A stretch of DNA of 64,000 bases from Myxococcota bacterium (GTDB lineage: Bacteria; Myxococcota_A; SURF-8), in the NCBI GenBank assembly GCA_963674735.2, contig CAXXQS010000001.1, positions 2,496,001 to 2,560,000 on the forward strand, read 5' to 3'. Position numbers and translations under genes: made by a program. This document shows, piece after piece, positions 38,301 to 45,623 of the stretch. Position 1 is the stretch's first letter. Every line of letters begins with the position of its first letter. The notes under the pieces are model-generated. The model was not told the origin of the DNA and searched no databases. It saw only the letters and a program-made list of their open reading frames with translations.

Positions 38301-40579
38301 GAGCCTGCCGTCTCTATTGCCAAACCGGTTACCATTCTTGCGGAAGCGTGTGCGAAAACAATTACAGCACCGACAGTTGCGGCACCCGCTGCCAGCCCTG
38401 CCCGGAGCCCGACGAACACGGAGAATCCACCTGTAACGGGATCGAGTGCGGAGTGGATTGCGACACCGGCTATTACCAACAAGGTTCCGATTGTCTAACC
38501 TGCAATACCGTCGATCATTGCGGTCTCGGTTGCCTGCCCTGTGGAACCCTTCCCAACGGAGAATATCTCTGCCTAGGCGGCAATTGCGAACCAAGCTGCT
38601 TCGGTGAACGACACGTTTGCGGCGGTGCTTGCGTCGATAATCACGATCCCGATCACTGCGGCGCTTCCTGCGACTCCTGCGAGGATCGTTTCGGCAACGT
38701 CCCTTACGGCAGTTGGACTTGCCCCGCCGAAACCTGCACCCGTAGTTGTATGGAGGACTATCACCTGTGCGGCACGGAATGCAAACCCAACAACTCGCCT
38801 CTTTCCTGCGGCGATAGCTGTCTCCCCTGCCCCGTCCCGGCCCAGCACGGATCGGCCACCTGCACAGAAAGCACACCGGACGTTTACGCTTGCGGCATTC
38901 AGTGTGAACCGGGCTATGTCGAAGTCGCCGGAAATTGCATACCGGGCAATACTGTGAATTGCTGCGGAAGCACGTGTGAAACCTGCTCGGTCCCGGCCGG
39001 CTCCAACGCAACGCCCCTCTGCGAAGAAACCTCCCCCGAGGTTTTCGCCTGCAGCTCCGAATGCAGCGAAAACTACTACGACATCAACGGAGATGGCGTA
39101 GTCTGCGAATATTACTGTGAATATCAGTCTTCCTCCGATAGCTATGGGGATAATACGGATCAGAACTGCGACGGCGTAGATGGCCTGATGAACCAGATCA
39201 TTTACGTAGCCGAAGGCGAAAACGGCGACGGCAGCCGTGACGATCCCATGGGAATCATCACCAACGCCATCAATGCCGCCGGAAACGGTTGGCAGGTATG
39301 GGTGAGCCGAGGCGACTACAACGGTAAAATCACGTTGAAAAATGGAGCCCATCTGGTCGGTGGATTCAACTATGCCACCGATTGGACCAAAGGGGCCGGG
39401 AATGTCGTAACAATTCATATCGACACCCCCGAAGGAACGGATAACCGCCAAGTCGGCTTGGTCGCCAATTCGATCACCAGCTCCACTTACGTCGACTCCA
39501 TCACCATCGACGTTGCCAACAACAGCAACACAGCCGGAAGTAATTACGGAATATGGTTGAGCAATTCCAATAGCAACCTCGTGTTCCGAAACATAACCGT
39601 CGTTACCGGGACAGCGGGATCGGGCGCGAATGGTTCAAATGGCTCGCAAGGCAACGGCGGCAACAGTGGAGGACAAGGTGACGAAGGCTGCGAAAGTAGC
39701 GGTGGAGTCTGTGGAAATTGCGATCAACCTGACCCCGGAAGCGGTGGCGCCGGATGCAGCGGACGAAATGGCGGAGCCGGTGGCAGTCCCGGTAGTGGTT
39801 CCGGCACGGGTGCAACGGGCGCAAACGGAGTCGGTGGTGCAAGCGGTGGCGGCGGAGGAGATGGAACGACCGATTGCTCCGACTGGCCCTGGGATGGCCC
39901 GTGTGTCGATTGTGATAATTGCCTGAATACAAATGGAGAAGTTGGATCCGATGGCGCTGTCGGCACTGCCGGTAGCAATGGTGCGGCCGGAACCGGCAAC
40001 GGCACGGTGAGCAGTGGATATTGGTCCCCGACCCTCGCCGGAAACGGTGGTATCGGCGGCGCTGGTTACGGCGGCGGTGGCGGTGGCGGTGGCGGTGGCG
40101 GTTGCTGGGGCTGCAATAGTTACGGATCGGCTGGAAGCGGCGGCGGCGGCGGCGGTTGTGGCGGCACCGGTGCTTCCGGTGGCAACGGCGGCGGTGGGTC
40201 CTTCGGCGTCTTCAGCAATAATTCCACTCCGGTATTCGAAAACTGCAGCATCACCGCCGGACTCGGTGGAACCGGTGGAACCGGTGGAACCGGTGGACTG
40301 GGCGGCGACGGCGGCAACGGCGGAGTCGAACCGGACTACGGCGGGTCGGGTACGCAGGATGATGGCGGATGCGGCGGTGCAGGCGGCGACGGGGGTGATG
40401 GCGGACGCGGCGGTCACGGCGGCGGCGGAGGAGGCGGTCCTTCTTATGCCATCTATCGAACCGGTACCGGTGTACCCAGCACACCGGGAACCACGCTCGA
40501 AACACTGGGCGGCGGCCAGGGCGGCAGCAGCAGCGGCAACAATGGCCAAAACGGACCCAGCGACCTGACCGGGCCCTAA
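35399..40579 (+). CDS. 1726-aa surface protein: Cys-rich repeats, about six ASH/choice-of-anchor-D-like Ig domains, disulfide-rich repeats, and a beta-helix-like and Gly-rich C-terminus
   Basis: Signal ending LVQC; repeated LDFG...L.V.N.G...L...SNDPD...L.G.G units; DNDCDG/DQNCDG; DPDHCG..C..C repeats; PGRS-like Gly tracts. Confidence 0.8.
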   Translation: MKPVVPSWILVIALLTLTALLVQCGDTSGVSDNPDGDLAEQDTPASTTCKSDADCLEGWSCHLGVCIDGPPSCQSSGDCGFDADCPAGDYCDDTCSCVPIGGGDTDGDEDMDLDFEPLPNDCESGAQLSTETELNFGFVQFDTDASKILHVVNLCDDSALSITNIEIISDSTEFVFVDPPSYPVVLADNDEVLELRVLYHPTDVGPDEGQIIISSNDPDGVTRVDLSSQYKGTVDINVSPDPLDFQTLVVGQTEAKRTLIVENLQNETEDNAVLRVNAVYLESESTTVFQIKGLTTPFWLGKSQQKEIEIVCHPPDAGEFTDRVIFESNDPDEAELAVDVTCTGVKPILGVETLGEGNLLDFGIQRVNYPTSVVLTVSNAGGGTLTIDPPSLVDGGSPYFSIDTSAWGEEAVNLDGGQYRELPVTYAPDVEGSHSAQIRISHSGRRDVFTINLAGQAKGADLLIDPNPVDFGALRVNQELSRGLTITNEGNTQVTLVSLALETPDNAVVFADDDILADVELGPDESHSVTLTFSPEERGNFNNMVHITTDDSVFPSTDVPVNAVGIAPVLQVSEPENPDFTDTVDFGEIAINHRSEHTLRVTNAGDAAMTLTAIQITANTDSNEFTRENIALGNVPAGEFVEFAVYYDPVLFPGQDNGSLAISADDPATPQVVVNLTGLATDRRLAASPEAPLEFDDLHFGASDIERVTLRNPGFLGALTVTAASLLDGSSGFVLLHPTPEELPVILYPNSQNGLLVELRFTPTDPDPSEAEGPATDFFDTLRIVSDSYIGENFDYALEGTGTPCDPGCWDLDDNPDVCEYCNCYVTNDGVDICDDEDNDCDGLTDNGPDVTSNCTPPDNAIPMCLSNGICDFDCEQNFHRCEDLCVFDLDPDHCGNACTPCDEPENSEADCVLENEVPTCTFDCIDGYVWYNDACRQQGSIDCCGEDCVQCGGGVTPPYGNWACEEGACRLYCQTGYHSCGSVCENNYSTDSCGTRCQPCPEPDEHGESTCNGIECGVDCDTGYYQQGSDCLTCNTVDHCGLGCLPCGTLPNGEYLCLGGNCEPSCFGERHVCGGACVDNHDPDHCGASCDSCEDRFGNVPYGSWTCPAETCTRSCMEDYHLCGTECKPNNSPLSCGDSCLPCPVPAQHGSATCTESTPDVYACGIQCEPGYVEVAGNCIPGNTVNCCGSTCETCSVPAGSNATPLCEETSPEVFACSSECSENYYDINGDGVVCEYYCEYQSSSDSYGDNTDQNCDGVDGLMNQIIYVAEGENGDGSRDDPMGIITNAINAAGNGWQVWVSRGDYNGKITLKNGAHLVGGFNYATDWTKGAGNVVTIHIDTPEGTDNRQVGLVANSITSSTYVDSITIDVANNSNTAGSNYGIWLSNSNSNLVFRNITVVTGTAGSGANGSNGSQGNGGNSGGQGDEGCESSGGVCGNCDQPDPGSGGAGCSGRNGGAGGSPGSGSGTGATGANGVGGASGGGGGDGTTDCSDWPWDGPCVDCDNCLNTNGEVGSDGAVGTAGSNGAAGTGNGTVSSGYWSPTLAGNGGIGGAGYGGGGGGGGGGGCWGCNSYGSAGSGGGGGGCGGTGASGGNGGGGSFGVFSNNSTPVFENCSITAGLGGTGGTGGTGGLGGDGGNGGVEPDYGGSGTQDDGGCGGAGGDGGDGGRGGHGGGGGGGPSYAIYRTGTGVPSTPGTTLETLGGGQGGSSSGNNGQNGPSDLTGP
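40265..40297 (+). repeat. 9-bp tandem repeat encoding GGT
   Basis: GGTGGAACC x3 plus GGTGGA. Confidence 0.85.
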
Positions 40580-40605
40580 CCTCTCGCATCTTGGAAAAAC
40601 ACAAA

Positions 40606-40649
40606 CCCCCGGCACCCATCACGATCATCAGGGTATCGGGGGCTTTTTT
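40606..40649 (+). terminator. Terminator after the large surface protein
   Basis: CCCCCGGCACCC/GGGTATCGGGGG stem followed by CTTTTTT. Confidence 0.65.
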
Positions 40650-40666
40650 ATCTCCGCAAACAAGCG

Positions 40667-41158
40667 TCAGATTTGGTAAAAGCCCTGTTCGGCGCTTTGT
40701 GCACCACGCAGACGTTCTTCCACTTCGCAGGCGCGCTTCAAGGTCCATTCACGCAACGATTGGCGAATGGATGCATCGATCTCATCCTTGATCAATTGCA
40801 AAGATTGACCGGAAGACACCTCAACGGCCGAATCACGACTCGTTCCCGATTGGACGTTCTCCGGGATGCGATATAACTCGCGTTCGCCATCCAAGGCCTT
40901 GATAATGTCGTAGAGCGTCACTTCTTCGGGGGGATGCGCCAAGAGATATCCTCCCACGTTTCCCCTCCGACTCTCCACCAATCCTGCGGTTTTGAGTTTG
41001 AGCATGACATGTAGAAGATACTTCTCCGGCAGACCGCGTCGCCCGGCGATTTCCTTGATAGATACCGGTTTTTTGCGGCTGTAATGCTCAGCCAGATCGA
41101 TTAAGGCCCAATAACCATAGGTGACTTTTGAATTGACTCGAAGCATATGATTGTCCAT
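40667..41158 (-). CDS. Rrf2 family transcriptional regulator lacking the IscR cysteine triad (CymR-like)
   Basis: YG..ALIDLA, EIA..., YL....L..AGLVES.RG..GGY.LA, TL.DII.ALDG; only one Cys. Confidence 0.92.
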   Translation of the reverse strand: MDNHMLRVNSKVTYGYWALIDLAEHYSRKKPVSIKEIAGRRGLPEKYLLHVMLKLKTAGLVESRRGNVGGYLLAHPPEEVTLYDIIKALDGERELYRIPENVQSGTSRDSAVEVSSGQSLQLIKDEIDASIRQSLREWTLKRACEVEERLRGAQSAEQGFYQI

Positions 41159-41166
41159 CTGAATGG

Positions 41167-41191
41167 CTACCCGACCAATGCTATCGGATTA
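41167..41191. promoter_or_regulatory. Putative Rrf2/IscR-type operator
   Basis: 25-bp imperfect palindrome CTACCCGACCAATGCTATCGGATTA immediately upstream of the Rrf2 gene. Confidence 0.55.
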
Positions 41192-41266
41192 GCGCGTCTC
41201 GTTCGCTTCTTTCTTTAAAGAGACCGACGGTCCATCTCTCCAAAGCCAAGGAGGAAACCTAGTCTT

Positions 41267-42028
41267 TCAGATATGGATAAGTAAAAAGTATTCTTGATTC
41301 CCTTTTGGTCCCTGAATTGTGGCCGGAAAGGGAAAATGGGCGAAATAGCCGTTCTGGCGAGCGAATTCGGATATTTTCTGAACTGTTTCCATCTGGAGAG
41401 CCGGATCACGGACAACCCCCCCTTTACCAATCCGCCCCCGGCCGATTTCGAACTGGGGTTTGACCATCGCCAACAAACGCGCGCCATCGTCGATAAAAGG
41501 AAACAAGGGCGGCATAGCCAAGGTCAACGAAATGAACGAAACATCTATCACGATCAAATCGATCGACTCTCCTTGGACATCCTCACGCTGTAAGTCCTTG
41601 ATATGAAAGCCTTCTCGTGAAATAACGCGGGAATCGCCACGCAAGGACCAAGCCAGCTGGTTAGTGCCGACATCAAAGGCGTAAACCTTCCGTGCTCCTC
41701 GCTGCAGCAGACAATCGGTAAAACCTCCCGTCGAAGCTCCGGCATCCAAACACGTAAAATCCTGCACTGTCAGATCGAAATGATCGAGCGCACCGGCCAA
41801 CTTAAGGCCACCGCGACTGACATAAGGACAATCCTCGCCCTTCAACCGGATCGGCACATCCTCCGCGACTGACTGCCCCGCCTTGGTGACCGTATGATCA
41901 CCGACAACGACTTTAGCCGCGAGAACCAGCGCTTTGGCACGCTCCCGGCTCAGAGCCAGACCACGCTCCACCAGCAACTGGTCGAGCCGCATTTTTCGGG
42001 GTTTTATTTTAGGCTTGGAATCGGTCAT
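41267..42028 (-). CDS. tlyA: TlyA family rRNA methyltransferase
   Basis: RLDQLLV S4 domain, YVSRGGLKL, DAGASTGGFTDCLLQRGA, DVSFISL, KPQFE, GPKGNQEY. Confidence 0.95.
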   Translation of the reverse strand: MTDSKPKIKPRKMRLDQLLVERGLALSRERAKALVLAAKVVVGDHTVTKAGQSVAEDVPIRLKGEDCPYVSRGGLKLAGALDHFDLTVQDFTCLDAGASTGGFTDCLLQRGARKVYAFDVGTNQLAWSLRGDSRVISREGFHIKDLQREDVQGESIDLIVIDVSFISLTLAMPPLFPFIDDGARLLAMVKPQFEIGRGRIGKGGVVRDPALQMETVQKISEFARQNGYFAHFPFPATIQGPKGNQEYFLLIHI

Positions 42029-42058
42029 GATAAGCGGCACACAAGACGAACGGTCCCG

Positions 42059-42313
42059 TTATTCGCCGGTCTCTCCTTCGCTACGTTCTTCTTCCAGGCG
42101 AAAGGAGCTGACAGCATCATCGGCATCCACATCCTTCAACAGAATCTCGACCTTCTTCTCCATCTCGTTGAGACGGGTGCTGCCCCGCTTAACCAGATCC
42201 ACTCCATCTTTGAAGGCTTTTAGCGAGTCCTCCAACGATAACTCGCCGTTTTCCAATTGAGTTACGATACCTTCCAGTTTTTCAACCAAATCTTCAAAGC
42301 GTTCCTGTGCCAC
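42059..42313 (-). CDS. xseB: Exodeoxyribonuclease VII small subunit
   Basis: FE....LE.IV..LENGELSLEDSL..F..G..L...L...E.KV. Confidence 0.93.
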   Translation of the reverse strand: MAQERFEDLVEKLEGIVTQLENGELSLEDSLKAFKDGVDLVKRGSTRLNEMEKKVEILLKDVDADDAVSSFRLEEERSEGETGE

Positions 42314-42333
42314 GCAATCCTCCTTTCCGTTCT

Positions 42334-43500
42334 CTACTTCCCTGGATAGATCGGCGACATGGAGCGCAGGCGTTCCACGATGGGCGGCAAGATACTGAGG
42401 ACGTGATCCACTTCATTTTCGCTTGTGAAACGACCAATCGAGAAGCGGAGTGACGCACGGGCTTTCTCGGGAGGCAACCCCATCGCCGTCAACACGTGGC
42501 TGGGCGCATCGGAGCCGGTCGAACAAGCCGAGCCGGACGAAATCGCCACCCCGGCCATGTCGAGCGACAGCAACAGCGCTTCACCTTCGATGTACTCGAA
42601 CACCAGGTTCGTCGTATTGCAAACCCGTCGTTCCGGATCGCCGTTTCTGGATAAATAGGGAATCGCACCCATCAGGCCGCTTTCCAGTTTGTCACGCAAA
42701 GCGGCCACTTCCACCTGTTCATGCTCCAGATTATCGTGGATGATCTGGCAGGCTTTACCCAAAGCCACCACGCCCAAAACATTTTCCGTCCCGGCGCGTC
42801 GCCCTCCCTCTTGATGACCGCCATGCAGCAGATTGTTGATCGTACACCGGGGATGGATGTACTGGCCGCCGATGCCTTTGGGCGCATAAATTTTGTGTCC
42901 GGCAAACGACAAGATATCCACATCCAGATCCTGGACATCCACCGGAATCTTTCCCAGCCCCTGCACGGCATCGGTGTGCATCAGGACGCCTTTTTCATGG
43001 CAAACCGCCGCTATGTCGCGGATAGGATAGATAACGCCGCTCTCATTGTTGGCCATCATGACCGACACCAGAACAGTACGTTCGGTGATGGCCTCAGCCA
43101 CCTGCTCCGGATACAGCCGACCGTGCTCGTCCACAGGGAGGTAGGTCACCCGCGCACCGGCGGCCTCTTCCAGCCAACGGCACGTTCCCAAAACGGCCGG
43201 ATGCTCCACCTCGGTGGTAATGATGTGGTTGCCCTTGTTGCGATTCGCGACAAAAGCGCCCTTGATCGCATGGTTATCCCCTTCCGACCCGCTGCCGGTA
43301 AAGGTGATGTCGCCCGGATCGGCGTTTAGACACCGACCGACCTGCTCGCGTGCCTGAACCACGGCTTCACGCGCCATGCGGCCATAATAATGAAAAGACG
43401 AGGGATTTCCGAAGCTATCCTTTTTCAGATAGGGAATGGCGCGTTCGGCAACCCGCGGATCGACCGGAGTGGTCGCGTTGTAATCCATGTAGATTTTCAT
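42334..43500 (-). CDS. iscS: Cysteine desulfurase (IscS/NifS family)
   Basis: YMDYNATT, GNPSS, EHPAV, HTDAVQ, GHKIY.PKG, SSGSAC. Confidence 0.93.
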   Translation of the reverse strand: MKIYMDYNATTPVDPRVAERAIPYLKKDSFGNPSSFHYYGRMAREAVVQAREQVGRCLNADPGDITFTGSGSEGDNHAIKGAFVANRNKGNHIITTEVEHPAVLGTCRWLEEAAGARVTYLPVDEHGRLYPEQVAEAITERTVLVSVMMANNESGVIYPIRDIAAVCHEKGVLMHTDAVQGLGKIPVDVQDLDVDILSFAGHKIYAPKGIGGQYIHPRCTINNLLHGGHQEGGRRAGTENVLGVVALGKACQIIHDNLEHEQVEVAALRDKLESGLMGAIPYLSRNGDPERRVCNTTNLVFEYIEGEALLLSLDMAGVAISSGSACSTGSDAPSHVLTAMGLPPEKARASLRFSIGRFTSENEVDHVLSILPPIVERLRSMSPIYPGK

Positions 43501-43625
43501 CTCGATGCTACTCCTATGTAAAACCGGTTGGAGCCTCTATCCGGGATGTCTACTCCATCCGATACGAACACCTGCGAGATTTATCAGAGTTTGACACGAC
43601 GAGCAATGAAAAAGGACCACAGAAG

Positions 43626-44465
43626 TTACTTGCCTAATTTTTTCAAGGCAGCTTTGCTTTTCTTCGCAGAACCGGTTTTGCCATAGCGTTCGATACATTC
43701 TTCGTAAAACAGGCGAGCATCGTCCTTCATACCAAGAGCGCGAAAGCTTTCGCCCAGCATATACAAAGCATCATCCACCGCATCGCCGCCCTTGAAGCGA
43801 TCCACCACCTTCTGAAACTCCATCACCGCCTGATGGTAATTTTTTTCCCGATAGTACGTTTCGCCGATCCAATACTGGGCGTTATCGGCCGATTTGTTTT
43901 TTCCATTTTTCTTGAGAAACAGCGCCATCAGGCGACGACCTTCGACCGTATTCTTTTCTTTGGTAATTAAAACTTTGGCTCGCCGATAGAGCTTGGCCGG
44001 ATCATCGGGGAGCGCTTCAAGCGGCGTTTCCACGATCGCGGTTGTCTGTTTCTTTTTCTTGTCGGGTGGTTCGATGCCAAGCTTGGCTTCGGCCACCAAA
44101 ACTCGCAGTTCCAGCTCCTGTAACTTTTCGGTCAGCTTCCGTTCGCCCTGCTGCAAATCGAATCCGTTTTTTTCCACCATTCCGTTTAGCATGAGCAGAT
44201 CACGTTTGATCCGATTCAGCTCCACATGGTCGCTCGCCGAGGTCAGTTGCGTATGATGCATCAACTTGTCGAGATCACGCCTGATTTCTTCCAGAGTGAC
44301 GCGGTCGTCTTCGGTCTTCTTCGATAAACTCTGCTGCAGGCTTTCAAGCTGAGTTTGATGGGTGATCAGATCCTGCTGCATGCGGTCCCCGTCTTTGGTG
44401 GTGACGCATCCGGCCATGAAACCCATCACGAGAATCCCAGTGACTATCCAACTCAAATATCGCAT
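43626..44465 (-). CDS. cpoB: Tol-Pal system protein CpoB/YbgF
   Basis: Lipobox MAGC, coiled coil, TPR motif ADNAQYWIGE; directly downstream of pal. Confidence 0.88.
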   Translation of the reverse strand: MRYLSWIVTGILVMGFMAGCVTTKDGDRMQQDLITHQTQLESLQQSLSKKTEDDRVTLEEIRRDLDKLMHHTQLTSASDHVELNRIKRDLLMLNGMVEKNGFDLQQGERKLTEKLQELELRVLVAEAKLGIEPPDKKKKQTTAIVETPLEALPDDPAKLYRRAKVLITKEKNTVEGRRLMALFLKKNGKNKSADNAQYWIGETYYREKNYHQAVMEFQKVVDRFKGGDAVDDALYMLGESFRALGMKDDARLFYEECIERYGKTGSAKKSKAALKKLGK

Positions 44466-44478
44466 GATCTCTCCGCAC

Positions 44479-44524
44479 AAAAAAATACGGATGCCCCTTC
44501 ACGCCGGGGCGAAAGGGACATCCG
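44479..44524 (-). terminator. Terminator/attenuator between pal and cpoB
   Basis: Minus strand GGATGTCCCTTTC...GAAGGGGCATCC stem followed by GTATTTTTTT. Confidence 0.6.
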
Positions 44525-44550
44525 TTCGGTTGTGTTTTCGAAAGACAGTC

Positions 44551-45210
44551 TTATTCGACCACCGTCTCGGCACGACGGTTTTTCGTCCAGGCCTCTTCAT
44601 TATGTCCATACTCCAACGGCCGTTCTTCACCGTAGGAAAGGACATTCAGCTTCGTGGTGTCGACACCGAGATCCACCAGGAAGTCTTTAACCGATTGGGC
44701 GCGTTTCTGGCCAAGCGACAGATTGTATTCGATGGAGCCGCGCTCATCGCAATGGCCTTCGATGACAATGCGAGCCGGATTGCGACGTTTGAGGCAATCG
44801 GCATTGGCGCGCAACTGGCTCTGCGCTTCGGAGGTGAGGTAATATTCGTTGAAGTCGAAGTTGACACGCTGGATATCGCAGGCAATGGCCGCACAGCGAT
44901 TGTTGGCGCATTCTTCGCCCGCTCCGCAATCGGAATCGACACGGCATTCATACTTGCAATCGCCATTGACACAGATTTTGTTGTCGCTGCAATCGGCGGC
45001 GCTGGTGCATTCGGGAGGCGGCGCAGCCTGCACTCTCATGATGCAACGGCCACCCTCGCAATTTTTACCTTCCGGGCAATCCAGATCATCATCACACTCC
45101 GGCAAAGGAGGAGGTGGGCCATCATCTCCACACCCTACCATGACCGAGACCATCAGCAACGCCGTACAGGCAAGGATGAATAGAGCACCCGCCCAATTCG
45201 ATTTCCTCAT
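44551..45210 (-). CDS. pal: Peptidoglycan-associated lipoprotein with an inserted Cys-rich region
   Basis: Lipobox MVGC; IEGHCDERGSIEYN.SLG..RA, SYGEERP, KNRR; three C..xxDC.....C..x.C repeats. Confidence 0.88.
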   Translation of the reverse strand: MRKSNWAGALFILACTALLMVSVMVGCGDDGPPPPLPECDDDLDCPEGKNCEGGRCIMRVQAAPPPECTSAADCSDNKICVNGDCKYECRVDSDCGAGEECANNRCAAIACDIQRVNFDFNEYYLTSEAQSQLRANADCLKRRNPARIVIEGHCDERGSIEYNLSLGQKRAQSVKDFLVDLGVDTTKLNVLSYGEERPLEYGHNEEAWTKNRRAETVVE

Positions 45211-45376
45211 TTCCAGTCCTCCTCAATTTAACGCTTCGAATACCCGTTGGTACACTTATTCCGTTGTTAACCGATTCACACGTAAGCTACGCTTATGAAC
45301 TCCCCAACATGCAAGGTTTATGAGTGTTTCCCCTGGGAGATCGTTATCGTTCGCCAACTCGTCTAAGGTGCTAAAA

Positions 45377-45405
45377 ACAATAATAAACTTCACCCATATT
45401 GTCAA
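45377..45405 (-). promoter_or_regulatory. Sigma70 promoter candidate P1 for pal
   Basis: Minus strand TTGACA-17 nt-TATTGT. Confidence 0.55.
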
Positions 45406-45460
45406 ATTTATTTATAAGCGCCCTCCGTAGGGGAAGCGAATTTCCCCACCAAACGTGCTT

Positions 45461-45489
45461 GTTGTATCTATTGCGCCTGCGTCTGTCAA
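45461..45489 (-). promoter_or_regulatory. Sigma70 promoter candidate P2 for pal
   Basis: Minus strand TTGACA-17 nt-TACAAC. Confidence 0.45.
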
Positions 45490-45520
45490 GCAGAATCCAT
45501 CATCGCTAAACAATATTTTC

Positions 45521-45549
45521 TTGTACCCAGCGGCCGGATTCGTTACACT
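45521..45549 (+). promoter_or_regulatory. Sigma70 promoter candidate for the S1-like gene
   Basis: TTGTAC-17 nt-TACACT. Confidence 0.45.
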
Positions 45550-45623
45550 CCCGACGGCATTACGCCCCGACATCGATTTGGTGTATAGATGTTGGAAATG
45601 TTTGATTTTCTAAGAGGAATAAC

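Noticed and set aside
37460-40615. Several 290-350-aa - strand ORFs
   Set aside because: Antisense to the Cys/Gly-rich part of the 1726-aa gene; low-complexity by-products
41267-42028. TlyA as a haemolysin/virulence factor
   Set aside because: Motifs and context fit the common housekeeping rRNA methyltransferase; nothing supports a toxin role
43548-43574. Imperfect inverted repeat upstream of iscS as a second Rrf2 operator
   Set aside because: Spacing and core do not match the 41167-41191 site
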